Below the pieces are notes generated by a model that worked only from the letters and a program-made list of their open reading frames with translations, was not told the DNA's origin and did not search any database. DNA of 35,297 bases from an uncultured bacterium (GTDB lineage: Bacteria > B130-G9), in the NCBI GenBank assembly GCA_965372715.1, contig CBDVDH010000041.1, positions 1-35,297 of the forward strand, in the 5' to 3' direction. Positions 1 through 7,741 of the stretch are shown here, one piece after another. The position numbers and the translations under genes were made by a program. The number at the start of each line of letters is the position of its first letter. Position 1 is the first letter of the stretch.

Positions 1-52
1 CCTTTTCTGATGTGATCAAACGCACGAAGGGCGGGGCAAGCACCGCCCCTAC
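1..52. repeat. REP/REPIN-like element, family 1 (truncated by window start)
   Basis: agggcggggcaagcaccgcccctac at 28-52 is the reverse complement of GTAG plus an imperfect hairpin. It recurs at 26811-26835 and 28889-28913. Bases 1-21 resemble the reverse complement of the spacer next to those copies. Confidence 0.75.
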
Positions 53-70
53 GGCCCTCCCAGAATACAT

Positions 71-1426
71 CTATGGCCCATCCTCCTTGAGTCGCTCCTT
101 TGCTCGCGATACGAGCTCTCTGGCCAGGGCGAGCTCCGCGTCTTTGCCCTCGATCTCCCCGTTGATCTTGGCCATGAGCAGATGCCCAAGTATCTTGCCT
201 ATCATTGGGCCCTCCTCAAGGCCCATGCTCTTGATCTCCTGACCGCCAATCTCAAGCCGCACTGGGGACAGGACAGACCAATACCGCTCTAAGGCGCGTT
301 CGCCAGCCTTGCTGCGGCGCATGGCAACGATTACCACCCCTGCCTCTGCCAGAATATCGGAGAACAGCCCGTAAAGCTCGCCGTCCTTTGCTCTGTCCAG
401 GCCTTCTAGCCTGGAAGCGATGTCCTTCCCTCGAGCGACGAACTGCTCGACGATACTCGCCTCATTCTTGTCCAAATCGAAAACGTCGAGAGTGCTCGCA
501 AGTTCCGAGGCAGGGACATTTCCCATGAACAGCAGTAGCCTCACCAGCCATTTTCGGTAATCGTCCGGGAATGCGCCGTGCAGCTTGCTCTCGATCCCTT
601 CGATTCGCTGCAAGATGGGAAGAGCGTTGTGCGCAAGCGACAAATACGGTGAGATCGAAGTCAGGATAGACAGTTGGGTGAGGTCCCAGATAGCGCCCCA
701 GGGCATCTCCTCGATGAACAATATCCTCAGCTCGTCGGTCAAACGATGGGGCGAAATGGTCCTGAAGCAGCCGTCGCAGATCGCGTCCTCCGCGAGCTCA
801 ATCGTCGTGTCATCCAACACGAACTTGAAGCGATTGGCGTATTTGATGCCTCTGATAATCCTCGTGGGGTCGTCCACAAAGCTCTTGTCGTGAAGCACGT
901 TTATTAGGCCGATTTCTATGTCCTGAAGCGCGTTGTGTGGGTCGAGTATCTCACCAAAACTCTGAGGCGCAAGCGAGGCGCAGGCGCAGTTGATGATGAA
1001 GTCCCGGCGCCTCAGGTCCGCCTCAATCGTTGCGGGACTCACTTTGGGAAGCGCGCCCGGCGTGTCGTAGGTCTCGGTTCTCGCGGTAGCGATGTCGATG
1101 TGGAAGCCGTCTTGCAGAGGTATAGTCGCGGTTGCGAAGGCCCGGTTGAAAACGGGCTTGTTGACGGCATGCGGCGCCAATTCCTCTGCGACAGCCATCG
1201 CGTCGCCCTCAATAGCGACGTCGATGTCCAGGCTCTCACGACCGAGAAGAATGTCCCGAACGACGCCGCCCACGATGAACGCCCTTGCCGAGTGCTCGCT
1301 CGCGATTCTCCCGGTCAGTTCAAGCAGTTGTAGTAGGTCTTCGGGCAACGCCGACTTCATCAGGGGTAGAAGGTTTTTGACGTTAGAAATGCCTGCCCGC
1401 GTATCCCTTGACTGTTGCTTGCCCAT
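71..1426 (-). CDS. Class II tRNA nucleotidyltransferase (CCA/A-adding enzyme, poly(A) polymerase family)
   Basis: Motifs VGGVVRD, DID, ARTETY..PGALP, RRDF.IN and DDPTR..R. Start placed at ATG 1426 (MGKQQ); the upstream part of the 596-aa ORF overlaps the divergent gene and a promoter. Confidence 0.9.
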   Translation of the reverse strand: MGKQQSRDTRAGISNVKNLLPLMKSALPEDLLQLLELTGRIASEHSARAFIVGGVVRDILLGRESLDIDVAIEGDAMAVAEELAPHAVNKPVFNRAFATATIPLQDGFHIDIATARTETYDTPGALPKVSPATIEADLRRRDFIINCACASLAPQSFGEILDPHNALQDIEIGLINVLHDKSFVDDPTRIIRGIKYANRFKFVLDDTTIELAEDAICDGCFRTISPHRLTDELRILFIEEMPWGAIWDLTQLSILTSISPYLSLAHNALPILQRIEGIESKLHGAFPDDYRKWLVRLLLFMGNVPASELASTLDVFDLDKNEASIVEQFVARGKDIASRLEGLDRAKDGELYGLFSDILAEAGVVIVAMRRSKAGERALERYWSVLSPVRLEIGGQEIKSMGLEEGPMIGKILGHLLMAKINGEIEGKDAELALARELVSRAKERLKEDGP

Positions 1427-1478
1427 CGACCTAACCTTCTGGAGAGAAATCGCCTGGCGAACATCCCATATTTTGGAT

Positions 1479-1507
1479 AGGATATTTCTAGCACCACAAT
1501 ATGTCAA
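1479..1507 (-). promoter_or_regulatory. Putative sigma-70 promoter for the nucleotidyltransferase gene
   Basis: TTGACA-N17-TATCCT on the minus strand, about 50 bp upstream of the ATG. Confidence 0.6.
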
Positions 1508-1570
1508 GGTCAGAGTGTTTCCGCGGAGCGGAAACGGGACAATCCTCCTCCGCTGGGAGCTTCGGCGGAC

Positions 1571-1604
1571 AAGAAGGAAAAAGGGAAAAAAGGAGAAAAG
1601 GGAC
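1571..1604. repeat. Purine-rich degenerate tandem (~8-mer) repeat
   Basis: aagaaggaaaaagggaaaaaaggagaaaagggac; similar tracts at 13429-13470 and, reversed, at 33470-33520. Confidence 0.55.
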
Positions 1605-1673
1605 CCTTGCGTTCGGCGATTGCACAGTCTCGCTCCAACCACAGCGGATTGTGCCAGGCTACGGTGAAGACGC

Positions 1674-3221
1674 ATGGTCAAGGATCGCGACGTGCTGATA
1701 GTTGATGCAAATCTGGAATTGTCAGGCTTTAACGGCGGCTCGCTTCGGTCAATAGAGATCAAAGGCCCTCGAATCACGCAGGTCGGTACCAAGTCAGCAA
1801 CTGGAGTTGTGTCGGATGACGTCATCAACGCCAGGGGGAGGATCGTACTGCCGGGCTTCATCGACTCGCACGCTCATCTTCTTCTTAGAGAGTTCGATGT
1901 GTTGACGGTCGATTTTGCAGCGACGGTTGAAGCCGATGACATGCTTGAGCTGGTGAAACAGAAGGCTGCCGAGGCTGGCCCCGGCAGATGGGTGGTTGGC
2001 GTCAACTGGGACGATTCGAAGGTCTTGGGTATTGACAAGCTGAATCGGGAGCTGCTGGACGCGACCGGGCTTGAGAATCCGATTTTTCTCCAGCGGGTCT
2101 GCGGCCATGCCGCTTTCCTTAACTCGCGTGCAATGGGTGTGCTTTGCTCTGCATTGGGATTCGAGGAGGTCAAGCCCTACATTGACAGCTCAAGCGGCAA
2201 GATACGGGAGGGAGCAGTCCATCTGGTTCGGAGGCTCGTTAAGATCGAGCATCCAGAGAGGGTCCAGGGGGTGAGGCGATCGATTGACGAGGCGCTGTCG
2301 CTTGGGATCACCACGATCTGCGAGATGCACGCCTCGCCGTATCAGTTCGACGTGCTGAGGGATGCCGCAGCCCACATCGAGATACTTGTCTATGTGGACT
2401 ACATTTCCGACAAGAGTCTTGGGATGTTGAAGCAGCTCGAGCCGTCCGAGCTTTGCCGACCGGTCGGGCTGAAACTCGTTGTGGACGGTTCCATAGGCGC
2501 GCGGACCGCGGCGGTTTCGAGGCCCTATGCGGCAACTGAAGAGCGTGGCGTGCTGCTCCTGAGCAGGAATGAAATCGCCGAGATAGCCGAACGCGCGCTT
2601 CGGCAAGGCGTCCAGCTCGCTACTCACGCGATCGGCGACGTAGCGGTCGATGCGGTCATTTCGGCGTACGAGGACGCAGATGCAGAGTCAGTCCCTGACC
2701 ACCGGCACCGGCTTGAGCACCTGGAGGTCTTTCCGAAGCCGCTCGATGAGCATCTTGGGAAGCTGAAACGGACGGGGCTAATCGCCTCGATGCAGCCCGG
2801 CTTCATTGAGAGTTGGGGCCACAAGAATGGTCTTTATGGCGAGCGATTCGGCGCGGAATGGGCCAAAACGAACGCTTTTGACGCGGTCAAGCGAGCGGGC
2901 ATACCGCTCTGCTTCGGGTCGGATTCGATGCCAATCGGCCCGATCTATGGGATCCGGGGCGCTGTGAATCATCCTTGCCGTGATTTCGCCATGTCGATTG
3001 GCGATGCGATCGATGCTCACACTGCCGGCGCCGCGTTTGCGGTCCGGGAAGAGGAGCGTTTAGGACGCATCAAGGAGAGTATGAACGCGGACCTGATCAT
3101 CCTCGACTGCAAACGTCCAGACCAAATACTGGACTCCCGTGTGATCGCTACGATGAAGGCCGGTCGGGTCGTTTACGAAGACCAAACGCTTCGCCATCCC
3201 GGCGAGCGCACCGGAGGCTAA
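1674..3221 (+). CDS. Metal-dependent amidohydrolase (amidohydrolase_3 / YtcJ-like)
   Basis: Motifs PGFIDSHAH, KLVVDGSIGARTA, HAIGD, HRLEH, FGSD and G.I....ADL. Confidence 0.9.
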   Translation: MVKDRDVLIVDANLELSGFNGGSLRSIEIKGPRITQVGTKSATGVVSDDVINARGRIVLPGFIDSHAHLLLREFDVLTVDFAATVEADDMLELVKQKAAEAGPGRWVVGVNWDDSKVLGIDKLNRELLDATGLENPIFLQRVCGHAAFLNSRAMGVLCSALGFEEVKPYIDSSSGKIREGAVHLVRRLVKIEHPERVQGVRRSIDEALSLGITTICEMHASPYQFDVLRDAAAHIEILVYVDYISDKSLGMLKQLEPSELCRPVGLKLVVDGSIGARTAAVSRPYAATEERGVLLLSRNEIAEIAERALRQGVQLATHAIGDVAVDAVISAYEDADAESVPDHRHRLEHLEVFPKPLDEHLGKLKRTGLIASMQPGFIESWGHKNGLYGERFGAEWAKTNAFDAVKRAGIPLCFGSDSMPIGPIYGIRGAVNHPCRDFAMSIGDAIDAHTAGAAFAVREEERLGRIKESMNADLIILDCKRPDQILDSRVIATMKAGRVVYEDQTLRHPGERTGG

Positions 3222-3227
3222 TCACAC

Positions 3228-4856
3228 GTGAACAGGGCGGTCGAGGAGAGACACGAGGCGATAGAGAAGCTGGTTGCCGGGATGAGTCTGGAGCGGCTCG
3301 TCGGGCAGCTCTTGGTCACCGGTTTCGGCGGCGTTGATGTCCCTCAAACGCTCGCAGACCACATCCATAACCATCGAATCAGCGGCGTGATCTTGTTCAA
3401 GGACAATCTTTTTGACGCCGATCAGACGCGGCATCTGACGCAGAGTCTTCAGGATGCGGCTACTTATGCGGGCGAAGAGCTCCCGATGCTGATCATGACC
3501 GACCAGGAAGGCGGCGCCGTTACGCGCTTCGATTTCCTGACAATGCTGCCCTCGGCGATGGCGCTCGGCTCGGCTGATTCACGCTCCTATGCTTACATCG
3601 CGGGCGAGGTCTGCGGGAAGGAGCTACGCGCGCTCGGCATAAACGTGAACTGCGCGCCCGTTCTTGACCTTCTGACGAATCCGAAGAACACCTGCATCGG
3701 GACGAGGTCGTTCGGAAGCGATCCTGAGCGGGTCGCGGAGCTCGGCGCTCAACACATAAACGGGCTTCAGTCGGCGGATGTCATGGCTGTCGCAAAGCAC
3801 TTCCCGGGCCTCGGGGCAGCCTCCTCGGACACGCATCTTGGGCCGGTGCGAATCGAGAAGACATTGGACGAGCTCTTCGGGGCCGACCTCGTGCCGTTCA
3901 GAAGAGCTTTTGACTGCGGCGTCGCCATGGTCATGGCCACTCACGCCGAATACCCCAACCTTCCGGGTGGCGACACGGCGCTTCCCGCCTCGCTATCGCC
4001 GTATATCCTCACCGATCTTCTGCGAGAGCGGCTGGGTTTTCGGGGCCCAGCGGTGTCGGATGACCTCTCGATGGGCGCCATAACGGCGAGATGGAGCCCG
4101 GAGGAAGCCGCGATAGGGGCCATCGGGGCCGGTGCTGACTTGCTGCTCTTCTGCCGGGAGCTCGACAGAATTGGCAGCATTCACGGTGCGATTGTCAATG
4201 CGGTCAAGGATGGCGCCCTGCCAGCGGAACGGGTGCTCGACGCGGCCACGAGGGTCCTGTGGCTCAAGGCGGAGCTTCAGGCGAGGCTCGCGAACGGGCG
4301 GGAGAAGCCGTCGCTGGATGAGCTGGACCTTGATATGCACGAGCTTCTCGTGCACGAGATCGCCGAGAATGCAATCTGCGTCGTTCGGGATGAGGCCAAT
4401 TTGCTGCCGATTGACGCTGAGTCGAGCGTCCTGGTTATGCATCCGCGGCTTGAGGGCCGGTTCAACTTGCCGCCTTCGGAGAAGTGTGCATCCGTGTTCG
4501 ACGCGATGTTAGAGTACTTCGAGTCCGCTTCCGAAGTGCGTTACGATCGCAACGGGCCGTCGGAGACCCAGATAGACCAGATTGTGAAGATGGCCCAGGA
4601 ATCGGAGATACTGGTTGTATGCACGTTCTCTGCGGGCTCTCGGCCTGGGCAGTTGGACCTGTGCGGAAAGATTCTGACTCTTGGCAAGCCCTGCATACTT
4701 GTCGCGCTCGACGAGCCTTCCGATGTAAGTCTTGTCGAGGGTTTCGGGACGGCCGTCGCGGCATTCGGTTTCAGCGAGCCAACGGTCAGGGCGGTCGCCG
4801 CAGTCCTCGCCGGCGCGTCCGAGCCCGGCGGCACAATGCCGGTGGCGACGTCGTGA
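3228..4856 (+). CDS. nagZ: GH3 beta-N-acetylhexosaminidase (two-domain NagZ-like)
   Basis: Motifs DQEGG.V.R, APVLD, KHFPGLG....DTH and SDDLSMGAI, plus a C-terminal GH3 domain. Confidence 0.85.
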   Translation: MNRAVEERHEAIEKLVAGMSLERLVGQLLVTGFGGVDVPQTLADHIHNHRISGVILFKDNLFDADQTRHLTQSLQDAATYAGEELPMLIMTDQEGGAVTRFDFLTMLPSAMALGSADSRSYAYIAGEVCGKELRALGINVNCAPVLDLLTNPKNTCIGTRSFGSDPERVAELGAQHINGLQSADVMAVAKHFPGLGAASSDTHLGPVRIEKTLDELFGADLVPFRRAFDCGVAMVMATHAEYPNLPGGDTALPASLSPYILTDLLRERLGFRGPAVSDDLSMGAITARWSPEEAAIGAIGAGADLLLFCRELDRIGSIHGAIVNAVKDGALPAERVLDAATRVLWLKAELQARLANGREKPSLDELDLDMHELLVHEIAENAICVVRDEANLLPIDAESSVLVMHPRLEGRFNLPPSEKCASVFDAMLEYFESASEVRYDRNGPSETQIDQIVKMAQESEILVVCTFSAGSRPGQLDLCGKILTLGKPCILVALDEPSDVSLVEGFGTAVAAFGFSEPTVRAVAAVLAGASEPGGTMPVATS

Positions 4857-4922
4857 AGGCTGTGCGTCACGAATCGGACGGACATGTTCTCTGGGACCGT
4901 CTCGTGGTTTGGCGTTGCATTT

Positions 4923-4947
4923 GTAGGAGAGCGGTCTCAGACCCGCC
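4923..4947 (+). repeat. REP-like element, family 2 (single degenerate copy)
   Basis: gtaggagagcggtctcagacccgcc resembles the REP at 17936-17961. Confidence 0.55.
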
Positions 4948-4970
4948 TGTTTTGAGGGTGCGGAGCCGAT

Positions 4971-6335
4971 ATGTTTTCTAGCGTATTCGGGCAGCCCGCG
5001 GCGATTGAGGCGCTGAGCCGTAGCATCGCCGACGAGCGCGTCGCCAGCGCCTACCTGTTTGCAGGCCCGGCCGGGGTAGGGAAGAGGACGGTGGCGCTCG
5101 ATATGGCTCGCGTCCTTCTGTGCGAGCATCCCCAAGACGGCGCCGTGTGTGGTTCGTGCCCGTCCTGCAAGAGGACAACGCATTTCGCTGAGGTCCATCA
5201 ATCGCTGATGCTGTTTCAGGATGTCCTTCAGCCATTTGCTGTTGGGCGAGGCGCGATAATGAGCGTCGCTGGATATGAGGCGGACCAGGAGGCCGACTAC
5301 CTCGCCGCGATGGCCATTCTGGCCGATTTGGGTCTGCTGGAGTTTAGCGCATCAGCAGGTGCTGGCCCCAGGCAACTCGATTGCATTGAAAGGAGCCAGG
5401 CGGCCGTCTTCGAGAAGGCGGACTCCAAGGTCGTCTCGCTTACCGCTATTGACCGTTCGACTGAGCTGGTCCAGAAGCAAATCCGAAGCCGGAACGATCT
5501 TGGCCCGTACAGGCTTGCAGAGCACCTCTTCAGAAACACAACCGCGGGGCTGTATCAGGGCACGATCAAGATATGGCTCATCCGAAACGTCCTACAGCAG
5601 CGCCTCGTCAACAGGCCGCTCCTGGGCACGCGCCACGTATGCGTGATCGATGACGCGCACAAGATGCAGGAGCCGGCCCAGAATTGCCTTCTGAAGACGC
5701 TTGAGGAGCCGCCGCTCGGCACCGTGATCGTGCTTGTTACGGAGAACCCCTCGGCGCTCTTGCCGACGATCCTATCACGCTGCCAGACCGTAAACTTCGA
5801 GCGGCTCTCGACCGACGCCGTAGAGCGGTTTCTGGCTGAGAGGCGAGGAATTGAGCCTGACGCGGCGTCAGTCATCGGCTCGTTCGCCGGTGGAAGCCTG
5901 GGCCGTGCCATCTCAGTTAATCCGGACGAATTGATCAACAGGAAGGCCATCATCGCCGACGTCATAGACTGCGTGATAGAACGAAAGCTGGACGATGTGT
6001 TTGCGGTGGCCGACGGCGCGCTGCTTCAGGGTGAGAGCTCCAGGGCGAAGCGCCGAAAGTGGGCGCTCGATCTGCTCGACATGCTCTTGGTTTATCTTCG
6101 GGACGCGATCGTCCGCAGAGAAGGACAGCCCGCCAGGGAAGGGATGCTGCTGGGCGACGATCCCGCCGTCTTGTCGCTGTCCGAGACCTGCACTACTGAC
6201 CAGCTCTTTCGCCTCGACAAAGCGGTGAGGCGCGCCCGCGAAAAGATCGACGGCAACGCCGACATCCGTCTCACGCTGGAGACCATGCTCCTCCAATGCC
6301 TGTTGCCGAAGTCCCAGGGCCTAGAGTCAGCCTGA
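4971..6335 (+). CDS. holB: DNA polymerase III subunit delta-prime with a large internal insertion
   Basis: Motifs AYLFAGPAGVGK, zinc module C..CGSCPSC, NCLLKTLEEPP, LLPTILSRCQ and AGGSLGRA. Confidence 0.88.
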   Translation: MFSSVFGQPAAIEALSRSIADERVASAYLFAGPAGVGKRTVALDMARVLLCEHPQDGAVCGSCPSCKRTTHFAEVHQSLMLFQDVLQPFAVGRGAIMSVAGYEADQEADYLAAMAILADLGLLEFSASAGAGPRQLDCIERSQAAVFEKADSKVVSLTAIDRSTELVQKQIRSRNDLGPYRLAEHLFRNTTAGLYQGTIKIWLIRNVLQQRLVNRPLLGTRHVCVIDDAHKMQEPAQNCLLKTLEEPPLGTVIVLVTENPSALLPTILSRCQTVNFERLSTDAVERFLAERRGIEPDAASVIGSFAGGSLGRAISVNPDELINRKAIIADVIDCVIERKLDDVFAVADGALLQGESSRAKRRKWALDLLDMLLVYLRDAIVRREGQPAREGMLLGDDPAVLSLSETCTTDQLFRLDKAVRRAREKIDGNADIRLTLETMLLQCLLPKSQGLESA

Positions 6336-6353
6336 TAACGCTGGTGTTTCCGT

Positions 6354-6416
6354 TCAGGCCGCATAAACCACCCGGCACGTGCTCAATATCTCGCGCTTCC
6401 GCCAGGGATTCCGCAG
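6354..6416 (-). pseudogene. 3-prime remnant of an MNT nucleotidyltransferase antitoxin gene
   Basis: Translates as LRNPWRKREILSTCRVVYAA*; 57 of 63 nt match 7283-7345, the end of the MNT pseudogene. Confidence 0.75.
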
Positions 6417-6563
6417 AGAAATGGGCGTATGCAATACACCTCTACCGCGTTCGGATCGGAGCGTCGGGTAAGCAGACATGGCGATCTCGGTTGCTTTACA
6501 AAGGTGAGTTGCATATCCTCTCTGCATTAGGTTGCACAGTTGAGTGTTGCGAGGAGCAAAAGG

Positions 6564-6875
6564 ATGATCGTTGTCCTTTCGTTGAACAGCGTTCCGATTC
6601 GTCTTACTCAAGAGCGATGGCGGCATATCCTGAGAAGGCATCCAGAATTGCAGAGTCAGAAAGAGAAAGTGCTGGAAACGCTCTCCTCGCCCGACGCCGT
6701 CCACTTGGGGGATTTTGACACGCTGTTGGCCGCGAAGCACTGCTCACGGACACCGCTAACAGAGAAGTTCCTGGTCGTTGTCTATAAGGAGCTTGGGCGT
6801 GCCGACGGCTTTATTTTGACGGCATACTTCACCACGGAACTCTCTAGGAGGAGACAGACGCTATGGAAGCCTTGA
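6564..6875 (+). CDS. Putative RelE/BECR-fold RNase toxin (DUF4258-like)
   Basis: IRLT.ERWRHI..RHPEL and FLVVVY...GFILTAY; GAGGAG upstream of ATG 6564; overlaps the DUF2283 gene. Confidence 0.7.
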   Translation: MIVVLSLNSVPIRLTQERWRHILRRHPELQSQKEKVLETLSSPDAVHLGDFDTLLAAKHCSRTPLTEKFLVVVYKELGRADGFILTAYFTTELSRRRQTLWKP

Positions 6876-7096
6876 AAATACTGGAGAAAAAGGAGGCCTT
6901 GAACTGGGAATACGATGAGGAAGCCGACGTCCTCTACATCAGCATAGGGGAGCCCGAGAAGGCGCTTGGCCTCGACGTGGGCGACGGTGTCATCGTGCGC
7001 TACCGCGAAGATTTGGGCGAGGTCGTGGGAATCACGATTATGGGGATGAGAGAGCGTAGCCTCCTCGCAATGGCAGAGGCCCGAACGCCTCAGTAG
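6863..7096 (+). CDS. DUF2283 domain protein (putative antitoxin)
   Basis: YDEEADVLYI...G.VVGITI signature; 77 aa, acidic; AGGAG ribosome-binding site. Confidence 0.85.
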   Translation: MEALKILEKKEALNWEYDEEADVLYISIGEPEKALGLDVGDGVIVRYREDLGEVVGITIMGMRERSLLAMAEARTPQ

Positions 7097-7121
7097 CGCA
7101 TTTCCAGTGAGACTTCTGGCC

Positions 7122-7151
7122 GATATAGAGGATGAGGCGGCGAACTGTCAA
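7122..7151 (-). promoter_or_regulatory. Putative sigma-70 promoter, copy 1 (faces antisense into the toxin-antitoxin pair)
   Basis: TTGACA-N18-TATATC on the minus strand; near duplicate of 7682-7711. Confidence 0.45.
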
Positions 7152-7282
7152 CTGAGGGGGGATGGCCCGGATTGGTCAGATCGTCGCAAGCACATCCTCC
7201 ATGCCGCGCTGTTTGCACCACATCTCGGCGGGCCTGCGTTTCCGCTGCACATCATCCCACAGCCGGAGCCATATCTTTGTTG

Positions 7283-7591
7283 TCAGGCCGCATAAATCAC
7301 TTTACACGTGCTCAGTATCTCGCGCTTCCGCCAGGGATTCCGCAGCGCCTCTTTCTCGAGCAGGTCAACCGGACGACCGAAAAGGACTTCGAGTTCCCCT
7401 TTCATCTCCATCAGGTCCCACCACTCCAAGTCGCCGCGGGATCGAAGCTCACTAGCACGTCCACATCGCTGTTAGGCCCGAAATCCTCCTGAAGCACCGA
7501 GCCAAATTCGCCGTACGGCGAATTGGCGGACTCTCCATTTGCCGCAGAGCGCCGCAAGATCGCTTTCGGATATGTCAATGCCAAGCGCCAT
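7283..7591 (-). pseudogene. MNT (minimal nucleotidyltransferase) antitoxin pseudogene with two frameshifts
   Basis: Reconstructs across two frameshifts as MALGIDISESDLAALCGKWRVRQFAV / FGSVLQEDFGPNSDVDVLVSFDPAATWS / WDLMEMKGELEVLFGRPVDLLEKEALRNPWRKREILSTCKVIYAA*. It has the GS..DxD motif and a GGAGG RBS. An overlapping ATG starts a short MRPDNKDM fragment resembling a HEPN N-terminus. Confidence 0.85.
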
Positions 7592-7681
7592 AGTCCCTCC
7601 GGCTTTCCTCCTGCCGGTGTCCGTCAACAACCCGCCTCGCCACCTGCCAACTTTCCTTGAGAAGCGTGCTTTCCGACGGCC

Positions 7682-7711
7682 AATATAGAGGATGAGACGC
7701 CGGGCTGTCAA
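7682..7711 (-). promoter_or_regulatory. Putative sigma-70 promoter of the MNT pseudogene (copy 2)
   Basis: TTGACA-N18-TATATT on the minus strand, about 90 bp upstream of ATG 7591. Confidence 0.55.
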
Positions 7712-7741
7712 CTGGGGCAGGATGGCGTTCGGATGATGCCG

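Noticed and set aside
1427-1861. 145-aa N-terminal extension of the nucleotidyltransferase ORF
   Set aside because: It overlaps the divergent amidohydrolase, a low-complexity tract and a good promoter, so the real start is probably 1426.
5214-5558. Intein in holB
   Set aside because: No Cys/Ser start paired with a His-Asn end, and no homing endonuclease motifs.
6336-7741. Integron cassette array
   Set aside because: No integrase or convincing attC structure; the repeats are explained by duplicated MNT gene ends and promoters.
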